This document shows, piece after piece, positions 1-9,013 of a DNA stretch of 64,000 bases. Source of the stretch: a virus; UHGV virus genome UHGV-1366919; one strand, 5' to 3'. How positions within the stretch are numbered: the first letter of the stretch is position 1; each line of letters starts with the position of its first letter. A program made the translations under genes and the position numbers. The notes below the pieces were generated by a model, which had not been told where the DNA came from, searched no databases, and saw nothing but the letters and a program-made list of their open reading frames with translations.

Positions 1-475
1 TCCACTCGGGATTTTCAATAAAATCTAAAACGTTATCTAAATCTGCATAAAAATCATTATCAAAAATGATTTCATCATCATATCCATCAGAATATATTGG
101 ACGTTGAATATAGAATTTTTCATTCGAATAATTTAAATTAAGAATATATCCAGACCTAAGTTCTAGACGTCGAATAATTTCTTTATAAGTTTCATTCTCT
201 TGAACCTCGGCATAAGAAATATATCTGTCATAATCTTCCTGATTCTGCCAAAAAGCCGGAATACCTGATAAAACTAAAGCAAGTTTGTTATCTGGGCTAA
301 CATCCCCAGTTTCATCAATCCACCAGTCAAAATCAATATTGACAACCTTATCTTTATCGGCTTTGGAACGAGCCCAACCTTTAAAAGATATTCTTTCAGA
401 CTTAATAGGGCAAGTATAAGAATGAACAGAAGATGAATTAGTTTCAAATACTCCAGAACGAGTTACAATTTTCAT
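1..475 (-). CDS. partial ORF (3' end beyond window edge); third member of the FETNSSS-motif paralog family
   Basis: Hand translation of minus strand from ATG at 473-475 gives MKIVTRSGVFETNSSSVHSYTC..., the same N-terminal motif as 479..1102 and 1519..1944. Absent from ORF track because it runs off the window. Confidence 0.45.
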   Translation of the reverse strand, partial: MKIVTRSGVFETNSSSVHSYTCPIKSERISFKGWARSKADKDKVVNIDFDWWIDETGDVSPDNKLALVLSGIPAFWQNQEDYDRYISYAEVQENETYKEIIRRLELRSGYILNLNYSNEKFYIQRPIYSDGYDDEIIFDNDFYADLDNVLDFIENPEW

Positions 476-478
476 AAT

Positions 479-1102
479 TTAGCAAGAATAATATTCCGTT
501 CTAATAATCATGGACCGATCAAGAAGGAATAGTTTAATAAGATTTTTTAAATTGGTATAAGTTGTACAATGTTTATCAAATAATTCAGGAAAGATAAATG
601 GATTTTCTCCATAACAACCATTATTGATAGGAATCCACCCTAGTATTTCAGTAGGATTTTCTGGTTCTTTGAACATTTCACCTAGTTCAAATCCATTATC
701 ACCGTATTCCTGTTGATAAATTTCTTTAATATCTTTTTGGAATTGAATAAAATCAGAATGATTAATCAATTTATCATAATTTAAACAAAATGATACATCA
801 ACTTCATAGTAATCACTGAAATCATTAGTACTCCATTTGTCTAATTTATTTTGATCATGTTTATTATAAATACAATCTTGATAAAAAGGATAATAAGACT
901 GGCAAAGAGCTAAAAACTTATCAGAAAATGTCCATATTCCTTCAAATTCAGAATAATTAAATTGAATTTCTTTATCTAAAGAACTGACTTTTCCAAAGAA
1001 AAATTCCCAGCCCGGAACTCTTCCTACTTGACATGTATGAGAAAGAACATGTTCTGAAGAACTATTCGTTTCAAATACACAATTACGAATTACTTGTTTC
1101 AT
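479..1102 (-). CDS. hypothetical protein, FETNSSS-motif paralog family
   Basis: 207 aa ORF. N-terminus IRNCVFETNSSSEH matches 1519..1944 (IRKNIFETNSSSCH) and the partial ORF at 1..475. Confidence 0.55.
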   Translation of the reverse strand: MKQVIRNCVFETNSSSEHVLSHTCQVGRVPGWEFFFGKVSSLDKEIQFNYSEFEGIWTFSDKFLALCQSYYPFYQDCIYNKHDQNKLDKWSTNDFSDYYEVDVSFCLNYDKLINHSDFIQFQKDIKEIYQQEYGDNGFELGEMFKEPENPTEILGWIPINNGCYGENPFIFPELFDKHCTTYTNLKNLIKLFLLDRSMIIRTEYYSC

Positions 1103-1103
1103 T

Positions 1104-1454
1104 TTAACTTATTCTGAACCAGGCTTTATAACCAGGATAATTCTGAAGGCGCTTAGAAATAGTTGTAGTATCGCATTCAAAAATATTTGCAACTTCAGCT
1201 TGAGAAAAACCCATGTAATTCAAAGTTGCTGCAACTTCAACCATACGAGGTGTAACAACTACTTTACTTTTACGTCCTCCGTCAAGTAGTTTATTTGTTC
1301 GATTATTAACAGAACTAATTTCTACTTTAGTTTTACCTTTAAGCATATTAGCCTGATTTTTATTAAATCGAAATATATTTGTAACTACTTCAACAGGAAG
1401 TATTTCAGAAAGATTCTTAGCAGCTTGGATGTCTTCTTTATAAATTCTAGCCAT
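1104..1454 (-). CDS. small helix-turn-helix DNA-binding protein (sigma-region-4/terminase-small-like HTH)
   Basis: 116 aa. C-terminal GFSQAEVANIFECDTTTISKRL has HTH character. Tightly packed between two FETNSSS paralogs. Confidence 0.45.
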   Translation of the reverse strand: MARIYKEDIQAAKNLSEILPVEVVTNIFRFNKNQANMLKGKTKVEISSVNNRTNKLLDGGRKSKVVVTPRMVEVAATLNYMGFSQAEVANIFECDTTTISKRLQNYPGYKAWFRIS

Positions 1455-1504
1455 TTTATAAATTAATTTATATTCAATTTAATTGAAATTAATATCTTAA
1501 GATT

Positions 1505-1518
1505 AAAAGGTGCTTAAA
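1505..1518 (-). promoter_or_regulatory. conserved upstream motif (coding-strand TTAAnCACCTTT), about 51 nt 5' of start of 1104..1454
   Basis: + strand aaaaggtgcttaaa. One of at least 11 copies. Confidence 0.4.
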
Positions 1519-1944
1519 TTAATTCCAGTTATTATCATTATCAATCATAATTACATAATGATGTCTTAAGAAATCGACATAATCAATCCCTTCTCTATCC
1601 AATAAATTACTTGATTGATGATCAATTGTAGAAGGTTCAAAAGATTCTTTAATATATATTTCAAAATTATTGCCAAAAGCATTATGAACTACTTCAGAAA
1701 AATGTTCTATTGAATACTCATTGACTATAAAATAAACATATAGATAATTTAATTTTTGTTGAAGTGATTTAATATCATTGCCTACCCATCCGTAAGATCG
1801 AGGATATATGTACAATTTCTCATCTTTTAATAGTTTATTAAATTCTTCGTCAACAGAAATATTTTGATTATCTTGTGCCAAAGATAGCGTATGGCATGAA
1901 GATGAATTTGTTTCAAATATATTTTTTCTAATTTTCTTTTTCAT
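1519..1944 (-). CDS. hypothetical protein, FETNSSS-motif paralog family
   Basis: 141 aa. MKKKIRKNIFETNSSSCH N-terminus. Confidence 0.55.
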   Translation of the reverse strand: MKKKIRKNIFETNSSSCHTLSLAQDNQNISVDEEFNKLLKDEKLYIYPRSYGWVGNDIKSLQQKLNYLYVYFIVNEYSIEHFSEVVHNAFGNNFEIYIKESFEPSTIDHQSSNLLDREGIDYVDFLRHHYVIMIDNDNNWN

Positions 1945-2428
1945 TGTAAATTACTTTAAGAGGATCTACATGATTAACTTTTACAATTCTCCATTTGGAA
2001 CCATCCCAAAAATAATGGTAATCATCAAAATATTCTCCAAGATATTTCATATAAACATCTTCCATTGAAGCATGCTCATGAGCCTTGATATTATTCCATT
2101 CTTCACCTGGACGATTACAATAAAACCTTGAAGCATTTTTATCGTCAGTCTCTTCACCTTTATAAGGAGAATCATAATTTTTATCCCAAATGGCAAGACC
2201 GACGGGTTGATTCAAAAAAGAAACATCACCATGGTTTACAATCCAGTCAGCCAGCTCCTGACTATTAAAATATGTTCTAAGCTGATTAAAAAGCCAGTCC
2301 GGATAACCGTCAGAATGATTATAAACAGAACGATAAATTCCATCCGTTCCCAATACTGTAATACAAGCAGAAGTAGACATTTTAGTTTTTAATTTTGTTA
2401 AAGATTTCTTCAATAGACTTATAATCAT
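1928..2428 (-). CDS. hypothetical protein
   Basis: 166 aa ORF, compact operon-like packing, no recognisable motif. Confidence 0.4.
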   Translation of the reverse strand: MIISLLKKSLTKLKTKMSTSACITVLGTDGIYRSVYNHSDGYPDWLFNQLRTYFNSQELADWIVNHGDVSFLNQPVGLAIWDKNYDSPYKGEETDDKNASRFYCNRPGEEWNNIKAHEHASMEDVYMKYLGEYFDDYHYFWDGSKWRIVKVNHVDPLKVIYNEKEN

Positions 2429-3386
2429 TTAAGTTATATCGATCAACCGATGTAGAATTTTTTGCAAATTCTTCCTTTACCAGATCAATATACATAGTAA
2501 AACTGCCGTCATCGCCCATATAATGGGCTTTCCAATCTTCTGGAGAAACATACTTTTTAATATTAAGTTGTTCAAGTGCAAGATTATCAAATGATAGAAC
2601 CTTAAAAGACTCTAAATATTCTGGTATTTTTGCTTCAAGTTCGGCAATCTTTTTACGAATAGTCGCACCATGACAATTAATAAAATCTTTTCCCCGTCGA
2701 ATTGATTTATATCCAAGAATAAGAACCTTTAATTCTTTTGAGACCAAAGGTTCAAGATTATGAATACCGGCAATAGTATGAATTACTGCATTTTCAGGAA
2801 TATAAAGAGATTTAATTACTTTCTTGAGGTAATCAACAGAACCATTATAAGAAATACCTACGCCATAAACAAGCTTTTCCTTTTGCCATTGGCGAACTTT
2901 ATTAAGGTTTTCTTCAATTTCAATATGATGCTGGTTAACTGTAATATTTGAAATTACTCCAAGATCTTTTAAACGAATAAGAAATTCTTCAAAATCAGGA
3001 TGTTCAAAAATATTGCCTCCACCGATAGCAATTTCCTGTCCTGGATGAAGCATAGACAAAATTGGATGATTGATATTTCCATGAAGTCCGTCGACTACTG
3101 AATTTTCATGACAGAAAGCGCAACCCATATCGCATTTGTTAGTGATTTTGCAATCAATATTCTCTGGGAATTGCGCAATAAATTCATCATCTTCAGTAGT
3201 TCTGACCTTAGTACCATCTGAATAAATTTTTACATCATAATTTCCGTTCTGATACAAGTGAAGAAGGGGAGGTTCTGGAATTTTATAAATCTTCATTATA
3301 TTCTTTGAGTAAATGAAATCATTGAAATTAACCGAGCTTAAGCAATAGGTTTTTTGAGACGAATTCTTAAACATGATTAACATCAT
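2382..3386 (-). CDS. radical SAM domain protein
   Basis: CDMGCAFCHE = CxxxCxxC iron-sulfur cluster-binding motif near the N-terminus of a 334 aa protein. Confidence 0.55.
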   Translation of the reverse strand: MMLIMFKNSSQKTYCLSSVNFNDFIYSKNIMKIYKIPEPPLLHLYQNGNYDVKIYSDGTKVRTTEDDEFIAQFPENIDCKITNKCDMGCAFCHENSVVDGLHGNINHPILSMLHPGQEIAIGGGNIFEHPDFEEFLIRLKDLGVISNITVNQHHIEIEENLNKVRQWQKEKLVYGVGISYNGSVDYLKKVIKSLYIPENAVIHTIAGIHNLEPLVSKELKVLILGYKSIRRGKDFINCHGATIRKKIAELEAKIPEYLESFKVLSFDNLALEQLNIKKYVSPEDWKAHYMGDDGSFTMYIDLVKEEFAKNSTSVDRYNLNDYKSIEEIFNKIKN

Positions 3387-3429
3387 CGATATTGGTATTA
3401 TCTTAATAATACCTTTACTCTCAACTCCT

Positions 3430-3442
3430 GAAGGTGTTTAGA
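3430..3442 (-). promoter_or_regulatory. conserved upstream motif, about 44 nt 5' of radical SAM gene start
   Basis: + strand gaaggtgtttaga. Confidence 0.4.
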
Positions 3443-3540
3443 CATATAATTTAAATTAATTTTTATAAATTATTTTTATAAACTTAGAGGATAATAAGGA
3501 TAAAAATTAAAGAGTTCATAAAAATAATTTTAGAAGATTT

Positions 3541-3580
3541 ATAATAAAAAATCCCGAATCTCTTAACGAAATCCGGGATT
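3541..3580 (-). terminator. intrinsic terminator hairpin downstream of tail-fiber gene
   Basis: aatcccg...cgggatt stem (3550-3556 / 3574-3580) followed by a T-run on the minus strand. Confidence 0.45.
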
Positions 3581-3605
3581 CATATAATCACTGAAACAGA
3601 AAATC

Positions 3606-4601
3606 TTAAGAAATAGGAACTCCTAATTGAACCCAGGTATCGTTAACCCCGATAAAAACTTTACCGTCAGTTTGGAATATCAGGCCGCCATTAACGACTG
3701 TAACAGCAGATGCGTTTGCAACTTGCTGGCTAGTATTACATATCTGAACTTTATCAGATGTAGAAGTTATAGACTGATCTGTCTTAAGGGCATATTTATT
3801 ATCTGACTCAGTTTTTGTATAAGCAGTAGTCAGCAAAGCAAATTTACCATCACATTCAGTTTTTGTGTAGGTTGTAGCTTGCGGTGCAGCTGCATCTGCA
3901 GTGGTTTTAATAGCGGTTACCTCAGTCTTAGTTGCATATTTATTATCCGACTCGGTCTTAGTATAAACATCTGCTGAATTAGCTTTAGAACTTAGACTTG
4001 TATCAACTTCAGTTTTTGTATAGGTAGTAGATTTGGGAGCATATTTATTATCGCATTCAGTCTTAGTATAAGTTGTGGACTGAGGAGCAGCAGCGTCTGC
4101 AGTCGCCTTTACTGCATTTAAAGATGTAATAGTAGCATAGGTTGTTGGAATATTCTGCTCTGCAATTTTAGCATCAATTTGGCTATTAACCCATGCTGTT
4201 TGAGTAAACTTATTATCGCATTCAGTCTTGGTATAAGTTGTGGACTGAGGAGCAGCCGCATTGGCGGTTGTTTCAACAGTCGTTAAAGCAGCCTTGGTGG
4301 CATAAGTTCCAGAAAGATTAAGAGCAGTAATCTTTTTATCAATTTCTGTATCAACTCCATCCATAGTAAGAAGAGGCTGACCATTGGAAAGTAAAGTACC
4401 CTTTAAATCAATTGTACCTGGAGTACTAAGATCAACAACTAACGTATTGTTTAAATCTTTAATATCTTTTGTACTAAGGCCATTAGGAAAAATATCCTCG
4501 GAAGAACCAATCTTATGAAGACGAACTTCATATCCGTCCGGGACAGTCACAATCTTAGTTCTATTTGCCGTTACATCAAAATACCCGTCTGTGCTATTCA
4601 T
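3606..4601 (-). CDS. tail fiber-like protein with internal YTKTE(C/S)DNKY repeats
   Basis: 331 aa, Thr/Ala-rich. At least five copies of the TTYTKTECDNK(F/Y) unit. N-terminal part resembles a virion attachment region. Confidence 0.55.
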   Translation of the reverse strand: MNSTDGYFDVTANRTKIVTVPDGYEVRLHKIGSSEDIFPNGLSTKDIKDLNNTLVVDLSTPGTIDLKGTLLSNGQPLLTMDGVDTEIDKKITALNLSGTYATKAALTTVETTANAAAPQSTTYTKTECDNKFTQTAWVNSQIDAKIAEQNIPTTYATITSLNAVKATADAAAPQSTTYTKTECDNKYAPKSTTYTKTEVDTSLSSKANSADVYTKTESDNKYATKTEVTAIKTTADAAAPQATTYTKTECDGKFALLTTAYTKTESDNKYALKTDQSITSTSDKVQICNTSQQVANASAVTVVNGGLIFQTDGKVFIGVNDTWVQLGVPIS

Positions 4602-4648
4602 AAAGATATTTATTAATACGCCAGACGGAATCCTAAATACAAAACATA

Positions 4649-5014
4649 ATGAAACGAATTAATTTATCGTTATTCAATAATATTTTGAATATGTGCAAAG
4701 TCTTGCACTGGAGTACTCATTCCTATTCTAAGCACATGGCTTTGGACCAGGCTTATGATGCTTTTAAAGATTCTTTTGATGAATATGTAGAATGTGCCCT
4801 TGGAATTTATGGAAGGGAATCTGCGATTACTACAACCATTAATAACAAGATTGTTCCTGAAGATATTATGATTTCTTTTGTGGAAGATGAATTTGTAAAC
4901 TTTAATAATGAAGTTGCAAAGATTACCGGAGAATTTACGCAGCTTCAATCAATTTTTGATGATATTAAAGCTGCCGAATCCCAGCTTGTATATCGTTTAA
5001 GAATGGGCGCTTAA
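4649..5014 (+). CDS. hypothetical protein
   Basis: 121 aa. Preferred over antisense ORF 4670..4948 because a + strand terminator follows it. Confidence 0.4.
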   Translation: MKRINLSLFNNILNMCKVLHWSTHSYSKHMALDQAYDAFKDSFDEYVECALGIYGRESAITTTINNKIVPEDIMISFVEDEFVNFNNEVAKITGEFTQLQSIFDDIKAAESQLVYRLRMGA

Positions 5015-5020
5015 AATTAA

Positions 5021-5057
5021 AAAACTCACCAGATTAAGTTCTGGTGAGTTTTTTATT
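5021..5057 (+). terminator. intrinsic terminator
   Basis: ctcaccag/ctggtgag stem followed by ttttttatt. Confidence 0.55.
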
Positions 5058-5247
5058 AAATCTTCATCATGATAATCGATTTGACATATTCAGAAGCTGC
5101 TTTAAGCTTATCTAATGCCATATCAATGTCAAACCGTTCTCCAATAACCATTTTGCTATTAGCTATCTTCGCCCCAATAACTCGAATAAGGCTTTCTATA
5201 TCTTTAGCAATATGCTTATATTCTTCCTTAGTAATTTCTTTTCTCAT
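5056..5247 (-). CDS. small charged hypothetical protein
   Basis: 63 aa, convergent with 4649..5014. Confidence 0.3.
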   Translation of the reverse strand: MRKEITKEEYKHIAKDIESLIRVIGAKIANSKMVIGERFDIDMALDKLKAASEYVKSIIMMKI

Positions 5248-5263
5248 GGTAAAGTCTCTGAAC

Positions 5264-5515
5264 TTAATAAGTTTTTAATTTAACCCAAGTTTTATTATCT
5301 TGAATATCTTGAATTGTTTGTTGCACTTCAGAAAAATCTTTTAGGGTTAAGGCAGCTCTGACATTGGTGCGAGGCATGGTTGCGAATAATCTATAGAATG
5401 AGCGATTATTAAACCTGTTTTTATAAGCATAAATGATTGCCGAAGTCTCATTTGTACATTCGGCTTTCCAGCAAATTGAGATATTGTAAAAAATATGAAG
5501 AAAGAAATTATCCAT
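5264..5515 (-). CDS. hypothetical protein
   Basis: 83 aa ORF. Confidence 0.35.
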   Translation of the reverse strand: MDNFFLHIFYNISICWKAECTNETSAIIYAYKNRFNNRSFYRLFATMPRTNVRAALTLKDFSEVQQTIQDIQDNKTWVKLKTY

Positions 5516-5516
5516 T

Positions 5517-6308
5517 TTAACTCAATGCGTCCAAATGAATTTTCTTCATCAGGGACTGAATATTTTTTACCCAGTAACGATTTCCGGCTGCATCCCAGCT
5601 TGGAGCATACCGTTTTTGAATTTTATTAATATCAATCAAACCCTTTTCATGATATTTCTCTCGAAGCAACTTACCCATATATATAAGGCACTCGTCCACA
5701 GATTCAAATGACCTGTAAGCATTTTTAGAGCCTTTAATACCGCCCAAATTATTCTTGCTTCTTGCTAATTTGCTTTTTCCATATCCAGATTCAAGAGCGA
5801 TAAGGGCACAAAAGAAATGAGGCGAAATAGAATTAGCTTCCGCAATCTGAACCATTAATTCTCCTTTGCCTTCAAGAACTCCTCCCTTAAACTTCTCATT
5901 GACGACATTTACATCAATCTTAGAAATGACTGAAGTGTCCTTGAGATCAGGAGCATCATCTTTAGTAATTTTGGACTCATATCTCTTAATTTCAGACTTA
6001 AGGACAGAAACTTCCGACTCTAAAGTAAGTAAGTCTTTTTGTTTAATTTCCAGCTCTTTTTTAGCTTTTGAGATTTTATTAATTTGTTTATCTCGTTGAG
6101 CAAGGGTAGATTTATTAGAAAGAAGAAGATTTTTAAGATTATTAATTTCTTTCTTATATTGTTCTTCTTTCGTTTTAAGTTCAAGTTTAGTTTCCAAAAC
6201 TTGAGCCTGAAGCGAACCTGTTGTTTGATTATGATAAGCAAATCCAGATACGATGGAAAAGCTGAGTATAAAGACAACAGCCGTCTTTTTTAATGATTGT
6301 GTAGTCAT
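5517..6308 (-). CDS. membrane-anchored cell-wall hydrolase with coiled coil and C-terminal glucosaminidase-like domain
   Basis: N-terminal hydrophobic segment and a long K/E-rich coiled coil. C-terminal ALIALESGYGKSKLARSKNNLGGIKG resembles the glucosaminidase (FlgJ-type) motif ESGWG. Confidence 0.5.
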   Translation of the reverse strand: MTTQSLKKTAVVFILSFSIVSGFAYHNQTTGSLQAQVLETKLELKTKEEQYKKEINNLKNLLLSNKSTLAQRDKQINKISKAKKELEIKQKDLLTLESEVSVLKSEIKRYESKITKDDAPDLKDTSVISKIDVNVVNEKFKGGVLEGKGELMVQIAEANSISPHFFCALIALESGYGKSKLARSKNNLGGIKGSKNAYRSFESVDECLIYMGKLLREKYHEKGLIDINKIQKRYAPSWDAAGNRYWVKNIQSLMKKIHLDALS

Positions 6309-6385
6309 AATACGATTGTCCAGAAGCTATACGATAGCAAACTGGATAATATGAGGATAAATGACCGAATCCTCAAAGGTTTTTA

Positions 6386-6643
6386 CTATTTATCTGAATT
6401 CAAAATAAGCACAATATTACCATGTGAATCAATCAAATAAATCTTTTTAATATCATTGTTATAGATTTGATTTTTAAACTCAATAAGAGGAATTAAACCA
6501 AAAACATTTTCCAAAATATTAAAGCATTCGGCATCTGACATTGTACCCAGACATTCCCAACTATAAGTTTCACTACACCGGCGGTGAAGGAAATTTCTAA
6601 TTTGATTGATATGTTTTTTTGAAGTAAAATAACGATAATCCAT
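6386..6643 (-). CDS. hypothetical protein
   Basis: 85 aa ORF. Confidence 0.35.
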   Translation of the reverse strand: MDYRYFTSKKHINQIRNFLHRRCSETYSWECLGTMSDAECFNILENVFGLIPLIEFKNQIYNNDIKKIYLIDSHGNIVLILNSDK

Positions 6644-6665
6644 ATTTATATTATAAAAATAGCCT

Positions 6666-7784
6666 TTATATTTGTAAGTGCTTAGAAATTAAATCTTTAA
6701 TTTGTTGATTGTTCTTTTTCCAATCATTTTCCCAAACTTCAATTAATTTGATACCATTTTCTTTACAAGCTTTTCGTTTATTCTTGTGATAACCTGGTTC
6801 TTTCTCTTCGTGAAATTGATGCCAATATTCACCATTATATTCAAAAGCTAATTTAAGTTCGGGAAGATAAATGTCCAATTCTTTTCCGCCAATAAATTTT
6901 CGAGTATTTTCTAAAATCTTGCCAGAATAAAGAGATTTAATATATTGGCAAAGCTCTTTTTCACCCTTAGAACGTTGTATCGCAATGGCACAATTAGGGC
7001 AACCTCTTCCGCTTAAATGAGCATAAGGAGCTTGTTTAAAAATATAATTACATTTATTACATTTAATTATAATTTTCTTATGAGAATGATTATAAGCAGA
7101 TAACGAATAATCATACCTATCTTTATCATGTACTTTTTCAGCTTTTTTAATAAAAGCTTGTAAAGTAGATATACGATTTAAATTTCGACATTTAATGCAT
7201 CCAACACCTTTAAGATGCTGTTTAGGTGTTTGTTTAAAAATATGGCCGCACTTATTACATTTAATAGTAACTTTTATAAGATAACCCTTATAAAGGGTTG
7301 AAGAATAATCAAATCGATTTTTTCCATGAATTTCTTCTGCCTTTTTAATAAATTCATCTATTGATAAATGCTGACGTTCCTTTCCACATTCTGGACAACC
7401 TGCACCGTTTAAATGATTTCCAGCTTTTTGCTCAAATATACTATCATGATAAAGACATTTGATTTTAACATTAGTATCATTATTAATATAGTTGACAAAA
7501 GAATAATCATAAATTCCTTTGCCATGAACAGATTCAGCTTTTTGTATAAATTCTTGAAGAGTTAATCTCGATTTTTCTGCATTTTTTGTTACTGCACATT
7601 TTGGACAGCCATGTCCATACCAATGCATATATGCAGCTTGTTCAAAGGTATGACCACATTTATTACATTTTATTATAAGCTTGGCTTTAGAACCCTGGTA
7701 AACTGATAGAGAATAGTCATACCTATCAGGACCATGCTTTTTTATGGCTTTTTCAATAAACTTTTCAGTTGTAAACTTTACCAT
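6666..7784 (-). CDS. free-standing homing-endonuclease-like protein (paralog 1)
   Basis: 372 aa. About five repeats of the unit FI.KA..HG.KYDYS...Y.N....I.C..HG.F.Q....HL.G.GC..C. C-terminal ELDIYLPELKLAFEYNGEYWH...GIKLIEVW module. Confidence 0.65.
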   Translation of the reverse strand: MVKFTTEKFIEKAIKKHGPDRYDYSLSVYQGSKAKLIIKCNKCGHTFEQAAYMHWYGHGCPKCAVTKNAEKSRLTLQEFIQKAESVHGKGIYDYSFVNYINNDTNVKIKCLYHDSIFEQKAGNHLNGAGCPECGKERQHLSIDEFIKKAEEIHGKNRFDYSSTLYKGYLIKVTIKCNKCGHIFKQTPKQHLKGVGCIKCRNLNRISTLQAFIKKAEKVHDKDRYDYSLSAYNHSHKKIIIKCNKCNYIFKQAPYAHLSGRGCPNCAIAIQRSKGEKELCQYIKSLYSGKILENTRKFIGGKELDIYLPELKLAFEYNGEYWHQFHEEKEPGYHKNKRKACKENGIKLIEVWENDWKKNNQQIKDLISKHLQI

Positions 7785-7789
7785 AAATA

Positions 7790-7834
7790 AAAAATCGCAT
7801 ATATGCCATTATTTGACATATATGCGATTTTTGC
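7790..7834. terminator. hairpin (13-bp stem) serving rIIB on the minus strand
   Basis: atcgcatatatg...catatatgcgat with an 11-nt loop, T-run on the minus strand. Confidence 0.5.
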
Positions 7835-7841
7835 TTAAAAA

Positions 7842-9002
7842 TTAAAGAGTCACAATAAACCGGCTAATTGAGCCTGGAGCCGTAGACACCGAATATCCCA
7901 AACGTAGGACCAAAGCCAGCATGGCAGCTCGAGAGATCTTATTCTTTCGACCAACACTGCCGCAAAGCTGGGCAATATTAGTTCCTTGAATTATAGTGGG
8001 TCCTCCCAGAAAAACTGGAGACAGAGTACCGTCTTCCCTGTTAACGGAATGATTCTGAATATTTCGTTCAATAGCTTCCCGAGTCTTGGAAATGTTGGCA
8101 GGACTGCACATTTCATCAATTATTCCTTGATTAGAAGCTTCAACATTAACCGGAGTACGATCCTTGGAACATTCCTTAACGTCAATGCCCTCAACCTCTA
8201 CATCAGGAGAAGTATAAGCTTCCTTAATTTCATTAAGGACTTTATATTTGCTTACCCGGCACTTTTGACATTCACAATCAGTAGGAACTGAAACAACATC
8301 TTGAGGATTAACTTCTACAGCAACTACGCGCCTTCCAAAACCCTTAGCATAATCATAAGATCCAACATGCAATCCGGCACTACACCAGTTATTTCGATTT
8401 GCATCAACATCTGCAACTACTACTTCAATGACATCGCCGGGATTATTTCGAATTTGGTAATGCCCGTTTACTTTACCTTGAAGCACTCTGGTTTCGGCAT
8501 TACCATGAAGCGAATACATATCTTCTCCAACACCCTTATAGGCAATAAAGGTACCTTCGGAAGTAATAGGCAATTCCTGATAAGAAAGGAAGTCATAAAG
8601 CTCTTCTCTAGAAGTTTCGGAAGGATTAGCCATCAAGTTATCAATAAACTTAAAGTAATGGGTAAAATCAGTACAACCAGACTTCCAAAGAGAAATAAGC
8701 TTTTTTTGAAGACATTTGGGAAGAATCTGAGTCTTATAAGAAGCAATAGTAGTAATTACACCATTTTCATCTCGTTCAACAAATTGGAGATTATCGTAAT
8801 CTTTAATTGTTTCAGAAACGGAATTAATGATATAAGAAGTGGTATTTTCCTTAAGAAGCCTGAGAAGAGTTTTTTCATCATTGGCCATTACCGCATCGAC
8901 AATATCAGTATAGCGAACATCATCGGGAGTAATCTTAACTGCTCGACCATCAACAAAGAAGGTCCAGCCTGAGGCATTCATAATATATGGAATAGAATTC
9001 AT
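7842..9002 (-). CDS. rIIB: rIIB-like protein
   Basis: Segments HYFKFIDNLMANPSETSREELYDFL...ITSEGTFIAYKGV and CSAGLHVGSYDYAKGF...VNPQDVVSVP align with T4 rIIB (FYFPFLENLLENPSQKAVSRLFDFL...ITEDGYFYAWKVV; CSYGLHLCSKDYVDGF...VNPADVVAVP). Confidence 0.8.
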   Translation of the reverse strand: MNSIPYIMNASGWTFFVDGRAVKITPDDVRYTDIVDAVMANDEKTLLRLLKENTTSYIINSVSETIKDYDNLQFVERDENGVITTIASYKTQILPKCLQKKLISLWKSGCTDFTHYFKFIDNLMANPSETSREELYDFLSYQELPITSEGTFIAYKGVGEDMYSLHGNAETRVLQGKVNGHYQIRNNPGDVIEVVVADVDANRNNWCSAGLHVGSYDYAKGFGRRVVAVEVNPQDVVSVPTDCECQKCRVSKYKVLNEIKEAYTSPDVEVEGIDVKECSKDRTPVNVEASNQGIIDEMCSPANISKTREAIERNIQNHSVNREDGTLSPVFLGGPTIIQGTNIAQLCGSVGRKNKISRAAMLALVLRLGYSVSTAPGSISRFIVTL

Positions 9003-9013
9003 ATTTTGTTTAA

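Noticed and set aside
3606-4601. Diversity-generating retroelement targeting the repeat-rich tail fiber
   Set aside because: No reverse transcriptase ORF and no template/variable repeat pair was found anywhere in the window.
4670-4948. Minus-strand ORF overlapping 4649..5014
   Set aside because: The + strand ORF is longer and is followed by a + strand terminator (5021..5057). Only one of the two can be real.
6644-6660. T4-type late promoter TATAAATA at about 6645 (minus strand tataatataaatATG)
   Set aside because: It abuts the start codon directly, leaving no room for a leader or RBS, and TATAAATA-like strings are frequent by chance in this composition. Not reported as a promoter.
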